From NCBI RefSeq assembly GCF_006345805.1, contig NC_043003.1:109306001-109370000 (forward strand): 64,000 bases of DNA. The letters run 5' to 3'. Below, piece by piece: positions 23,876-36,954 of this stretch. Source of the stretch: Octopus sinensis. Its lineage: Eukaryota. The position numbers were made by a program, and so were the translations under genes. The notes beneath the pieces are model-generated. The model saw nothing but the letters and a program-made list of their open reading frames with translations. It searched no databases and had not been told where the DNA came from. Every line of letters begins with the position of its first letter. Position 1 is the stretch's first letter.

Positions 23876-24110
23876 TATCTGTAAAATAATATGTGACAAT
23901 TATTCAATAGCCAAGATAAAACTCTGAGTTTTGGATGCCGAAGTAGAAATCCACAACACCATCTCTTCGGTTATCTGGCCATCTGAAAAAAAAAGTTTTT
24001 CAGATGGCCAGATAACCGAAGATATGGTGGTGTAGATTTCCACCTCGGCGTCCGAAACTCAGAGTTTTCTCTTGGCTACCGAATAATTGTCGCATATTAT
24101 TTTACAGATA
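23876..24110. mobile_element. Fold-back palindrome (~115-bp arms, centre ~23993) of family C with a degenerate hammerhead-like motif in each arm
   Basis: Right arm reads AGAUAA-CCGAAGA(24016-24022)...UCC-GAAA(24054-24057)-CUC(A)GAG-UU-UUCUCU. The left arm is the reverse complement. Flanked by (TA)n on the left. Confidence 0.8.
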
Positions 24111-24573
24111 AATTTCCTCTATTTACATAATATTGAGGTCTCTTTCTTTCTTTTGTTATCTTACCGTTTTTACCAATATATATATATATATATAAAATAC
24201 AAAATGGGACAAGAACGCAAAACATCTGGACAGCTAGGTGGTACAAAAAAGGACAACAAAACATTCAGATAGACAATACAAAGAAAAGATGGACGGGTCA
24301 TTCGAAGTTTCCTTTCTTCAGCCAAGCACCAGATTATCCTCACAATTTCAGCTGATTATTCTTGAGATTGCTCCAATCTGGCCAGCCACAAGGAAAAACT
24401 AAGCTAGGAGTATTAGATTCCTTTGAAGAAAGCACTGAATGTATACAAAAACATGGACGGAAAAAATGGACAATGTTACACAAATATAAATACAATAAAA
24501 AATACAATAAAAATAATAACAGGACATAACAACAGGTGTCTTACGATTAAGGACGAACTGAATTAAGCTGGCA

Positions 24574-24604
<31 letters not shown>

Positions 24605-25299
24605 AATACACACACGTATGTATGTATGTATGTATGTATGTATGTATATGTGTGTGTATCTACTTCCTTATCCCTATCTTTTATTTCTCTCCTCCCTTCT
24701 CTGCAATTTCTTCTATACCACAACGCTTTGATTTTTTTCTCATAATTCTCCTTTCCATATATGCTCTCTCTTTTTGCTTCCATCTATGTCAATACCAACT
24801 TCATCGCAGCAGTCTCTCCTTTGTCTCTTTTTATTGAAGGGCTTACATCGTTTTTAACCAGTTCATTTCATTTCCTGTTACCTATATGCATACTGCCATC
24901 TTCTCTGTTTTATTTGACAGCAGTAAAATAACTCTAACTGTTTACTATCCTTGTTGCTTATTCTGTTTGTCTCCATAACTAAGCAGAATCTATACCCATC
25001 TTGCTGGGAAGATTAACCTTAGTTGCTGGACACAACTTGATTTTGTCGTTTTACTCCACCTCTTCACCGTATGTTTTCGTATATATTTTGTCTTCTCGTC
25101 TTGTGAAACTATAAATGCAATTTCTTCTGACCCATTGTTTCATCATGTCTTTGCTATACCTTTCCTTGCTAAAGTTTACTTTAAATCAATTAGCACACTG
25201 AAGCGAGCAATTGTGTTGTTAAAGTTGCTAAAACTGTTGTTGCTGATGCTGTTGCTGCTGTTGCTGTTGCTGTTGAGTGAATGGTCTTCGTCCCAGAGC

Positions 25300-25643
25300 T
25301 CGTAAGATGGGAGAAGTCCGAAACGTGGTCCTTTGCTATTCGTAAGACCCACAGAAGAGAGAGCAGGTCAACCCCCGACACCGAGAGCATCGACGGATGG
25401 ATGAATGTGCATCAAGGCTCAGCGGTTGCGTAGGAAGTCGGGGACAAGAAACAGGAAGAGAGAGTGAGAGAAAGTTGGAGCGAAAGAGTACAATAGGGGT
25501 CGCCACCCCCCACCCTCTGTCGGAGAATCGTGGAGCTTTAGGTGTTTTCACTCAATAAACACACACAACGCCGGTCTGGGAATTGAAACCGCGATTCTCC
25601 AACCGCAATTACGCTGCCCTAACCATTGGGCCATTGTGCCTCC
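25300..25643 (-). mobile_element. tRNA-derived SINE (family S3)
   Basis: Reverse complement of the head GGAGGCACAATGGCCCAATGG; same family as 31369, 33572 and 62394. Confidence 0.85.
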
Positions 25644-25829
25644 ACTGTTGTTACTGATGGTAATAGAGGTGGCAGCACATGAATTTAATACCTAGTTTGT
25701 GTATCTTTTATATATATCTTTCTATGTATGTATGTATCATCTATGTGCAGGTATTTGTATACATATATTTGCTTGTATGTGTGTGTACTGTACATTCATG
25801 TATGCTATATGTATGTGTATTGGACAATA

Positions 25830-26030
25830 TTATTGCTTTTTATTCACAGCCTGGCTTCAAAAGTGAAAGTTGTACCAGTTATCATTGGAACATTAGGTTC
25901 AAGCATTAAAAAAAAAGGATATTATACCACTTAGAAGAATTGGATACTAAGACAAGCATGTGAGTGCACTCCGACTCTTCCCTCCTTAACACAGCTCATA
26001 TTATTAGAAAGATACTTCTGTAGAAAGACT
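25830..26030 (+). mobile_element. Short 3' tip of an R4/Dong-like LINE
   Basis: KVKVVPVIIGTLGS and LLNTAHIIRKIL resemble the C-terminal restriction-like endonuclease end. Confidence 0.5.
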
Positions 26031-26159
26031 TTTGTTAAGGCTTGATGACTAGCAAAAAAATGATGAGCAAAAAAAGGCCCATAGAAACCAGTACTTTATG
26101 TCCATAGAGTACGATGAAATACAACGACTACAACAACAGCTAGAGCAGCAGCAGCAAAA

Positions 26160-27123
26160 ACAGGTTCAAAAGTGGAAATTTTGACCTCAAAGACGCACCT
26201 CATTCTGGCCGTCCAGTTGAGTTGATGAAGAGCGATTAAACCAACATTTGCATGAAAATTCTTGTTAAACAACAAGGGAACTGGCAGAGAAAATGGAATG
26301 CTGCCACATTGCTATAGAGAAGCATCTTCACTCAATGGGAAAGGTTCAGAAGTATGGAGCATGGGTTCCGCATGCTTTATGTGACAACAACAAAAATCAA
26401 TGAGTCACAATCTCCGCTGGTTTGCTTGCTTGTCACCGTTCAACTCATGGACACAAGCAACGATTTCTTTACTGAATCATTACTGGTGACGAAAAACGGT
26501 GCCTGTACATCAAATATGAAGCAGCGTAAGGAATGGCTTTGCCCCGGTTAACAAGCGACACCAAACATGAAACAAGATGTTCATCCACGTAAAACGATGT
26601 TGTGCGTATGGTGGGACTGGAAGGGGATTATCTATTACGAATTGCTTGAATGGAACCAAACAGTCAACATGGAACTCTATGTGCAACAGATGAAACAACT
26701 CAACATGGCTATTCAAGAGAAAAAACCTAATTGGCAGCATGGAGTTCTGCTGCACAACAATACCCGCCCTCATATCACCAATATGACCAAGGAAGCTATT
26801 CAAATGCATGGCTGGGAAGTGCTGCCAAACCTGCTGTACTCTCCTGATTTGGCACCAATGGATTTCCACCTTTTTCCATCTCTTTCAAATGCTATGCATG
26901 GAGTTTCGTTCAATACTGATGCAGAATTGAGAGCTTGGCTGGAACAATTCTTTGAGTCGAAATTGGGTGATTTCTACCAACGCGGTATTGGAAATCTTGT
27001 TGAACATTGGAAGAAGTTGTATACAAGGTGAATACATTATTCATTAATTAGTTGTTATTTTTTATTAAACCTTTTAAAAAATTTTAATTTTAAAAAATGG
27101 CTGGAGCTTAGTTGTCAACCCAA
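26160..27123 (+). pseudogene. 5'-truncated mariner (mellifera-like TIR) transposase with right TIR and TA
   Basis: WVPHAL motif. ORF 26567-27031 contains KTMLCVWWDWKG...LLHNNTRPH...YSPDLAPMDFHLF. 3' end GGCTGGAGCTTAGTTGTCAACCCAA|TA. Confidence 0.92.
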
Positions 27124-27855
27124 TACATTGACCTCAGCGCTCAACTGGTACTTTTTTTTATTGAGCTTGAAAGGATGAAAGGCAAAAATCGACCTTGGTG
27201 GAATTTGAACTCAGAACATAAAGATGGATGAAATGCTGCTGCTGCTAAGCAATTTACCTGGCATTTTACCTGCTAATGATTCTGCCAGCTTGCTGCCTTA
27301 ACAATAATAATAATAATAATAATAACAGCACAAAGACTGAAAGTTCAATGAAAGAGAGTTAATCAATTACATTGACCCCAGTACTTGACTGGTATTTATT
27401 TTATCAACTTTGAAAAGATGAGATGCAAAATTGACCTCTGTAGAATTTGAACCTAAATTATTTGAACAGTATTTGAACTCAGAGCACAAAGCATTGGAAG
27501 AAATGTTACACAATATTTTGTGTGAGGTGCTTGAGAGGAATTTTTTGGAGTTTGGATAATTCTCCTCCAGAAACATGGGCGTTTTGTCTAACATCCTTAA
27601 GCAACCCTCATTTGGGGACCTTTTGCGTCAGATGGGCTACTCAACCTGAAGAAAATTCTAACTGGGCCCCCCACCTGCAGGGTCATGTACTGTTAATCTT
27701 GATATGAAATCACCATGCCGCGCACATATGGTTGTAATGCATGTGCCTGGTGTATCTTTATCAGACGGGTAGTCATGATGGGTCTGCTAGGCTTCATATA
27801 TTTTACCCCAGTGTCACTTTGATGGCACGTACTGCTCTCCCACTCAATAATATAA

Positions 27856-28262
27856 ATTCTACTATATGGCTCAGAAACCTGAACGTTATCAAAGAAGCTT
27901 GAGAGGCGGTTGGATGGAACTTACACTCGCCTCCTTATGAGAGCTCAAAATCTCTCATGGAAGCGTCAGCCAACCAAAGTACAAATATATGGGAAATTAC
28001 CACCTGTATCATCTCTTGTGAAAGGTAGAAGAGTCCAGTTTGTTGGACATTGTTGTAGAGCTGGAAAAGAGGTAATTTCTACTCTTCTCCTCTGGAAGCC
28101 ATCTGCTCGTGATACCAGAGGGCGCTCACTCTCCTACCCTGATGTAATCTCCAGGGATACAAGCTTTCAGCAACAGGACCTCCGTAATGCTATGATGGAC
28201 CGTGAGGTCTGGCGTAGCATGGTAAATTCCATTGTCTTGACCATGGTCGAACAATGATGATG
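27856..28262 (+). mobile_element. 3' fragment of an RTE/RTE-X LINE with low divergence
   Basis: ILLYGSET*TLSKKLERRLDGTYTRLLMRAQNLSW...RRVQFVGHCCR...DREVWRSMV, then a (TGA)n tail. Confidence 0.85.
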
Positions 28263-29643
28263 ATAATATAAAGAAACATGACGGAAAAACTAGGGAGTTG
28301 TTGATGATATATGGAACCCATGATATATGATACCAACCAGCTGCACTTTAAGAGGGAGCTGGGTGGAAGAGGCTTAAAAGCAGTAGAAGAAAATGTCATG
28401 TAGGCTACTTACAGAGCAGAACAGAAAAATTACTAAAGATAGTTTATAAAGAACAGGTGATGAAGTGCGAAATAAGAGAAAAGGACAAGAATGAAATATA
28501 AAGAGAGCATGTCAGAGAGATCAAAGAGAAACGTTTTGGAGAGTCATTGGAGACGTATGTGGAACAAAATCCCAGGCTTGATTAAAAAAGGTCCAATTGA
28601 AAAAGGGAAAAAGAGAGCCTAATTATAGTAGCCCAAGACCAAGCAATAAAAACAAACAACTTGAGAAAAAATATATATGGAAAACTGAGTCAGAAAAATG
28701 TTGAGCTTTTGGGACTTGGAATGAGAAAGTGGAACACATTGTGGCAGAATGCCCCAAATTTACACAAGAAGAATATAAGAAATGGAGGTACGACCAGGTT
28801 GTAAAAGTTATACACTGGAAACTGTGCCAGAAATGGGGATTTGAAGCTGGAAATCATCATCATCATCATCATTTAACGTCTGTTTTCCATGCTAGCATGG
28901 GTTGGACGGTTCACCTGGGGTCTGGGAAGCCAGGAGACTGCACCAGGCTCCAGTCTGATCTGGCAGTGTTTCTACGGCTAGATGCCCTTCCTAATACCAA
29001 CCATTCTGTGAGTGTAGTGGGTGCTTTTTACATGCCACTGGCACAGGTGCCAGGGGAGGCTGGCAACGGCCATGATCGGTTAGTGTTTTTTATGTGCCGT
29101 TGGCACGGAAATGGTAAAATCATTGTTATGGAAAAGTACTAGAGTTGGAGAAACGTAAGATTTTGTGGGACTTCCCAATTCAAATGGACACAAAATTAGA
29201 AAATAATAGATCAGACATAACGATTATAGATAAGGAAAAGTGAAGTTATTTACTCACTGACCCTTCATGACCGTTTGATTCCAGGATCATAAAGAAAGAG
29301 GAAGAAAAACAAAAAGATACAATCCCTTAAAATTTGGAAAAGGAAGTATTTGGTGCATGCGAACAGTAAAGGTTGTGCCTGTAATTACTGATGCATTGGG
29401 AACAGAAAGCCAAGATACAGACAAATGGCTGAAGGAGATTGAAGTAGAATACCCAGTTGAGCTCCTACAGAAAGTTTGGATCTTAGGGACAGCAAGGATT
29501 ATCAGGAGAGTTCTAAGCATTTGAAAGACTGCTGAAAACTTGTGGATACCTAAGGTTACTGATAGTAACCCACTATCTACAGAATCCCTACAAAGAATGA
29601 GACTGAACCTGAGCTAAACCAAAATAATAATAATAATGATAAT
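28263..29643 (+). pseudogene. Decayed R4/Dong-clade (RLE-type) non-LTR retrotransposon 3' region ending in (AAT)n
   Basis: GGRGLKAVE, ESLIIVAQDQAIKTN, knuckle-region VEHIVAECPK...KWRYDQVVKVIHWKLC, KILWDFPIQ and VKVVPVITDALG, ILGTARIIRRVL. Confidence 0.8.
28855..29106 (-). mobile_element. RTE 3'-UTR-only insertion nested in the R4-like element, 6-bp TSD GGAAAT
   Basis: GGAAAT at 28849-28854 and 29107-29112; (CAT)n tail at the left. Confidence 0.85.
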
Positions 29644-29644
29644 A

Positions 29645-30178
29645 GCCCTGAAGCGGTTCCAGGCGGTGACCCTCATGTCTTAACTGATTGGAAGTGCTAC
29701 CATGTGCATGTTTTATCTTGTACAAAAGAGGAACTACAACAAATATTCTGCTCAATACCACAGATTTGTTTGTCAGTTGTTTGACCGTAACCAGTTGAGC
29801 ATGTCCCTTAGTGGCTAATCCCAAGCAGAAGTAGTTGGGGAGCATCATAGCCATGAGCTGAGAGGAATTCTTTGGGCTTCAATTACTTCATCTCTAGAAA
29901 CATGGGTGTTTCATTCATCGTCCTTAAACAAATCCTGGGACCTTTTGAGTAGGATCAGCTACTTGACCTCAAAGAAAATTCTAATTGGGCTCCACCTGCA
30001 AGGTCATGTGCTGTTTATCTTGATATGAGATCACCATGTCGTGCACATATGGTTGTGATGCATGTGTCTGGTGTACCTTTATCAGACGGGTAGTCATGAT
30101 GGGTATATTGGACTTTGAATATTTGACCCCAGTGTCACTTTGATGGCATGCACTGCTCTCTCACTCAATTATAATAAT
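29645..30178 (+). mobile_element. SINE-like repeat ending in (AAT)n
   Basis: CCACCTGCAAGGTCATGTGCTG...CATGCACTGCTCTCTCACTCAAT is shared with 27540-27855 and, in reverse complement, 53590-53850. Confidence 0.7.
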
Positions 30179-31368
30179 GAGAAAAATAGTTCTGTTCATA
30201 TTAGCAGAGTGTGTGTTTCCAGAGATGCAGGAAAATGTCTGTGAAAGTGGTGATTGTACAAGTTTTAGTGTAGAAATTTCTTTTTTTTACTGTTTACCAT
30301 TTAACAGTTGCAAGTTTGTAAACCCTGCTAAATGCAAGACTGCTGCTTCGTGCTGTGCTTCACTGCTTATGTTGCTTAGTTCCTGCTTTTTACACATTCT
30401 GTTTGTCTCTGTAGATTTGCTCTTCTTTACAACATGCTACAGAAGAAATCTGATTGGCTAGCTCTGTGATGATGTCATCACTTAATACTCCAGCGGTTGT
30501 TTGTATCCAATTTCATTGGGCAGATTTTTGCTGACATCATATCACTCAGTGTACCAAAATCCCTGTTGTTGTTTAAAAGGAATTTTCTGATTGAAAACAA
30601 GTCTAGGTTTCAAATCAAAGTGATTTGATAATTAGCATGATTGTAGCTACTAATTATTATCTTGCTAATTATCATTTGGGTTTTGGGAACTGTGATGAAG
30701 AATTTGAGAACAGGATGATGAACCTGGAAAAGCTTGATCTTAATCTTGAGGTGGGAGTAGAACAGTGAACCTCTTTATATGCTTTGCTTTACATTGATTG
30801 CATATTTATTTATGGTATTTTTTTTTTCTTGATTTCTCTTGCATCTGCAATAAATGAGAGAATATTACAGGGACAAAGGATACTGCTGCTGATCCTGGTG
30901 AGGATGATGATGATGATAATGATGCTGCTGATAGTGATGGCAATGGTTGTGGTGAGGGTGGTAGTGGTGGAGGTGATGATAATGGTGGTGGTGGTGCTGA
31001 TGATGATGATCATCGTGGTGGTGGTGGTGGTGGAGTGATAATGATGGTGATGAGGATTTTGGAGGTGGGTATTGTTGGTAGTGATGATGACAATAGTGCG
31101 GATGGTTATGACTAAAGCAAAAATAAATAAGACCGAATAAAGTTTAATAGAATTAAAGAACCACTTTCTAGTCAGGAATTTGAATTTCTTTTATATTTTG
31201 CTTGTTTTTCAATGAATTTTGACAAGCAATAAATAACTCCAACGTTCTCCTTTATTATATGACAGTTATATCTTTAATATATATATATGTATGTATTTTA
31301 TATGAGGGATATATATTTTATAGTATGGTGGATATAGTTTTTATAATATGATATACTATATGATAGGT

Positions 31369-31667
31369 GGAGGCGCAATGGCCCAGTGGTTAGGGCAGTG
31401 GACTAGCGGTTGTAGGATCGCGGTTTCGATTCCCAGACCGGGCGTTGTGATTGTGTATTGAGTGAAAACACCTAAAGCACCACGAGGCTCTGGCAGGGGG
31501 TGGTGCCGACCCCTGCTGTACTCTTTTGCCACAACTTTCTCTCACTCTTTCTTCTGTTGGCCTGCCCACTTAGCCAGTGGGGTGGCGTCATTTGAAGGCT
31601 AAAACAATGTGAAGCGCATTGTGACCAGCGATGTGTAGCAACATCTGATAGCCTGGTCGGTCACGGT
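31369..31667 (+). mobile_element. tRNA-derived SINE (family S3) with Pol III A and B boxes
   Basis: A box TGGCCCAGTGG at 31379-31389, B box GGTTTCGATTCC at 31422-31433, followed by a non-tRNA body. Confidence 0.88.
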
Positions 31668-31984
31668 AAAATAATATGATAGACAGAGACTTGGATATAG
31701 CTTGCCAGTGCAAGCACAGCTAGTCAAACATTCTGCATACCAGATGCCAGAAGGTTTTAAGGGTCATCAAAAGAAAATGTGCACCATTTCAGAGCCTTCC
31801 TCTTGGTGTCTTTACAGTGCACTGCCCCCTCATCCTACCTTACTAACAGGAGGAGAACCTACCTACTCTTTCGACTGGCTAGCATTCAACCACAAGTCCA
31901 TTTCGGGATCATCAACTCTCCAGCCAAATTTTGTCATTTTTCTTCAGCCACATCCAAAGACTGGCCTCTCAATATTTTATTTTA

Positions 31985-32480
31985 CGATAGATGTCTCTTT
32001 TATAATATGATATATCATTGATAATACTATAGATATATATTTTATAAAATAAATATTTCTTTTCTGATATATATGTTCTATTAGACATATTTTATAATAT
32101 GATATATATATTTCATAATATGACAAATATATTTTCTTTTTGTATGATAGAAATATCATTTATATAGATATATTTTTTTATATGGCAGAGATATAATTTA
32201 TATAGATATATTGTATACATAAGTATATGATCAGCAGTATGGTGGATATATCTTGATATATCTTTTATAATATGATAGAGACAGCTTTCTTCATTTGATA
32301 CACACACACACATATATATACATATTTTAGAATATGACGGATATATCTTTTATAATATGATAGAATTATATTTTATAATATGAAAAATACGTCTTTTAGA
32401 ATATGATAGATATATCTTTATAAATATATTTTGCACAATAGAGATATCTTTTATAATATGATGGAGATATCTTTCCATCC
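31985..32480. repeat. Degenerate ~23-bp AT-rich minisatellite (GATAGATATATCTTTTATAATAT)
   Basis: The motif recurs with substitutions throughout the interval. Confidence 0.7.
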
Positions 32481-32667
32481 ATTTTCCATCATCCTATTTT
32501 TAATAACTCCAAAAAAAAAAAAAGTGCAAAGAAAAATCCAACTTCCACTATTTTTTACCTGATAAAGGTAAATAAAGGTCACAATAAATAGGTAACTTGC
32601 GTGTGTGTGTGTGTGGGTGTGTGCGGGTGTGAGTGTGTGGGGGTGTGAGAGTGTGTGTATACACATC

Positions 32668-32700
<33 letters not shown>

Positions 32701-32934
32701 GGAGATAATGATGAGTTGCTATGAGGGGAAACTGCTCACCTGTATTTCTCTTCCAGCCAATTACTTTACCCTGTAGACTTCGTCCTCGGTAAGGATTTCG
32801 GAGTCTAAGTTCAAATCGTTTGAGCACTACTAAATGTTTTCTATATTGAGCAACTCTGGATATCATCTTTTGACTCCCTCTCCCTCTCTCCCCCCTCTCT
32901 CTCTCTCTCTATATATATATGTATATATATATAG

Positions 32935-33096
32935 GTGCGGGTATAGCTGTGTGGTAAGAAGATTCCTTCCCAACTACATGGTTCTGAGTTCAGTCCCACT
33001 ACATGGCACCTTGGGCAAGTGCCTTCTACTATAACAGTGGACAGACCAAAGCCTTGTGAGTGGATTTGGTGGAAAGAAAGTGAAAGAGATCTGTCA

Positions 33097-33127
<31 letters not shown>

Positions 33128-33320
33128 GTCTGTGTGTCTGTGTTTGTCCCTTGCCAACATCCCTTAATAACCGATGCTGGTGTGCTTATGTCTCTGCAAC
33201 CTAGCGGTTTGGTAAAAGAGACTGATAGAATAAGTACTAGGCTTACAAAGAATAAGTTCTGAGGTCGATTTCTTCAACTAAAACCCTTTAAGGCAGTGCT
33301 CCAGCATGGTCACAGTCAAA
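32935..33320 (+). mobile_element. SINE S1
   Basis: Head, (GT)n centre and tail match the other S1 copies. Confidence 0.85.
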
Positions 33321-33416
33321 AGAATGAAACATGTGAAAGAATAAGAGAATTAAAGAATAAATACATTAAGACTTGCTCTTAAAATAGTTCAACAACAAAA
33401 ACAAAATCAACAACAG

Positions 33417-33462
<46 letters not shown>

Positions 33463-33571
33463 AGCAACAACAGTAACATGATCAGCAGTAAAAGCTACCC
33501 CAGTAACAATAACAACAATGACAACAACAGCAAACTACAACAGCAACAAGAACAATAACAACAACAACAGA

Positions 33572-33860
33572 GGAGGCGCAATGGCCCAATGGTTAGAGCA
33601 GCGGACTCGCAGTCGGTGGATCGCAGTTTCGATTCCCAGACCGGGCGTTGTATGTGTTTATTGAACGAAAACACCTAAAGCTCCACGAGGCTCCGGCAGG
33701 GGGTGGTGGCGACCCCTGTTGTACTCTTTCGCCCCAACTTTCTCTCACTCTTTCTTCCTGTTTCTTGTCCCCAACTTCCTACGCAACCACTGAGCCTAGA
33801 TGCGCATTCATCCATCTGTCGATGCTCTCGGTGTCGGGGTTGGCCTGCTTTCTCTTCTGC
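33572..33860 (+). mobile_element. tRNA-derived SINE (family S3)
   Basis: GGAGGCGCAATGGCCCAATGGTTAGAGCAGCGGACTCGC...GTTTCGATTCCC. Confidence 0.88.
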
Positions 33861-34172
33861 ATATGTATGTATGGATGGATGGATGGATTATGTTAGTTGG
33901 ATGGAGAGGGTCTATGAGAAGCTGTGCAAGCCCTATTGGACATAAAATTTTACTTAGGTATTGTTGACATTTTGCATGGGTAATGGTCAGTGACGGTCTT
34001 TCTTGGTCATAAGCGGATAATCCTTCTCCTCTTCCACTGCTTCATCATCATCATCATCATCATCATCATGTATGTATGTAGGTGTGTGTGTGTATGTGCG
34101 TGTGGATAACCATCAAAGTAGATTGCTATCTATATATAATTAGCCTCATATATAAGAGTGTGTATGCTTGTG

Positions 34173-34213
<41 letters not shown>

Positions 34214-35329
34214 CATACATATATACAGATATACAACATATCTGTGCATGGTGTGTGTATGTGTATGCATGCATATAGAATTACTTAAGTAAGTATATAT
34301 GTAATTCCATGGTGTATATATATATTCATCAAAATATGTACATGAATATTTATTTATCTATAAACACTTCTCCTCCAAGCTGTATCTTTGTTTCAGCCTT
34401 TTTTTTATCATTTAGCTGTTTTTTTTGTCAATGTTTAAAATGTTTAAATTTGCAAATAGAAATTTTTGTGTTGTTTAAATGAATTTGATATGAATAAAAA
34501 TGTCTGCTTAACTATATTAATGAGTGATTTTGACATTCTATGTCTGTTTACATGCTATACAACTTCTTCCTGCACTCATACATACAAACATAGATATAGA
34601 CACACATATCTAGATACATACATACATATAAAAGTGTATATATATTCATATAAATGTGTGTGCATATATATATATATATATATATACGATATGAGGGAAT
34701 ATTATTCCTAACTTACAGGGAAAAATTAAATTTAGAAATACTAAATCAAATTTCACGAAATATAATATATATATAAATTAGGAAAAAAACCCACCTTTTA
34801 TCAATTCAATAATGAAAAAATTAAATTATACCATTTAGAAAAATTACATCTTATAGAAAGATTGAATATAAGATAAAACATATTCCAATGATTAAGTAAT
34901 GTGCAAAATAATAAATAAAACGTATATATTTGGTAGAATAATTACACGTGTTTCGTGGCTACGTTTAAGAAATGATAATAGTAAAATAACTTCAATAAAA
35001 ATATAGTCACTCTTCAGGTTAAAGATAGAAACAATAAAATAATTAATTAGATAATGTGTGTATAAATATATATATATATTACAAAATATAAATTATATCT
35101 TGAGATCGCTAGTGACAACAACACTCAAAATATATAACAGACTGGAATAGTAGTGCTCAAATGAGCTGTATACACTTTTTAATCTGGGGGGAGGCAATGT
35201 GAGCAGCAACTACAAGAACACTACTAAATCCACAGAAAGATCAAACACATACATATATTCATATATTCAAATATATCTACAGAACAGATATAAAGCCCGA
35301 CGTTTATATATGTATACATATATATATAT

Positions 35330-35540
35330 ATATGGCAAAATGTGACCGCGTGTGTACCGTTGGTGATTTTTTTCCTCTGTCTTCCCTTCTCTGGATCTTT
35401 CCTTCTCCTATGTTTCCGACAAAGAGCTCCGCTCGAAACGTTAAACCCTCCTTTCCTTCTTTCCTGAGCGTCCAATAATACTATATTTGTTCCACGTCTT
35501 CGCGTTGTTGTGTTTTTTTGTGCTCTTGTTTGGATTAACT
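35330..35540 (+). mobile_element. Family B element with mutated hammerhead core (35412-35446)
   Basis: GUUU-CCGACAA-A-GAGC(UCC)GCUC-GAAA-CGU-U-AAAC. The helices are intact; the core carries U4C and G8A. Confidence 0.7.
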
Positions 35541-35551
35541 TTAACTATATG

Positions 35552-35587
<36 letters not shown>

Positions 35588-35603
35588 TATATATTTATAT
35601 ATA

Positions 35604-35653
<50 letters not shown>

Positions 35654-35809
35654 ACATATATATATATATAGTTCAAATTTACAGGGAACAAAAGATAAAG
35701 ACAGGTTAAGGAATAACAAACAGGTGTATTAGTTTAATGCTCTGGAAGAATGGAAAAGTCTTTGACACTCTTTGAAAGAAAGGACTGAGAACAATGGAGA
35801 GAGAGCAAA

Positions 35810-36023
35810 TAGGCATGGCTGTGGGTTAAGAAGCTTGCTTCCCAATCACTTGGTTCTGGGTTCAGTCCCATTGTGTGGCATCATGGGCAAGTGACTTCTA
35901 CAATAGCCTCAGGTGGACCAAACCCTTGTGAGTGGAAACTGAAAGAAGCCTGCCATGTATATATATATGTGTGTGAGTGTGTGTGCATATGTGTGCGCAC
36001 GTATGTGTATATATTTATATATA

Positions 36024-36068
<45 letters not shown>

Positions 36069-36069
36069 C

Positions 36070-36105
<36 letters not shown>

Positions 36106-36300
36106 ATTTATGTGTATGTGTGTTTGTGTCGTGTTTGTCCCCTCACCATCACTTGACAACTGATGTCGATGTGTTTATGCCCCCAAAGCTTAACAGTTTC
36201 ATAAACGAGACTGATAGAATAAGTACTAGGCTTATAAAGAATAAGTCCTAAAAGGTGGGACTCCAGCATGGTCACAGTCAAATGACGGAAATGTGTAAAA
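35810..36300 (+). mobile_element. SINE S1 with expanded central (TA)n
   Basis: Head at ~35812 and tail to ~36300. Confidence 0.8.
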
Positions 36301-36617
36301 GACCATGTGCTATGAAGTCAAGGACAATCAAGCATGCACACACTTGTACATACATAAATATACATACACATGCATACATATATACATACATGTATGCCTA
36401 TACATACACACATATACATGTATCCATATATACATAGATAGAGAGCTAGATAGCTAGGTATACGTATATTATGTGTGTGTGTGTGTGCATGTATATATTT
36501 GTGTGTGTAACTATCTACCTTCCTACCTACCTATCTACCTACCTACCTACCTACCTACCTACTTATCTACCTACCAATCTATCTATCTGTCTATCTATCT
36601 GTCTATCTATCTATCTG

Positions 36618-36686
<69 letters not shown>

Positions 36687-36954
36687 ATATATATATATAT
36701 TAAATAGTAAAGTAAAGATTCAGATAGAATCAGGTACTTGAAAAGATATGCACCAGGTTAGGTTGGATAAACCTGTGGTTCTGGCCTATGGTTGTTAAGT
36801 ATGAAATAGGCTATTCCTGTTGTGTACACAGAGAAAACCAACACTATGAGTATTTAACAGCTTGGGGCCAGTCCAATGCATGTGTTTTAGTTGAACTGTA
36901 CTGTGTTGGTATACTCTAGGGTCTCCGACAAGTCGTAAATTTCCTTGGTGTATT

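Noticed and set aside
24285-24330. Hammerhead-like CUGAAGA-AAG(GAAA)CUU-CGAAUGACCCGUC on the minus strand (related copy near 62965)
   Set aside because: The GAAA core and the 15.1-16.1 pair cannot be formed without an insertion, and the second copy is more degenerate. A family consensus would be needed.
31369-31445. Possible tRNA gene (also at 25570-25643, 33572 and 62394)
   Set aside because: A and B boxes are present, but the acceptor stem does not close and each head continues into a shared SINE body.
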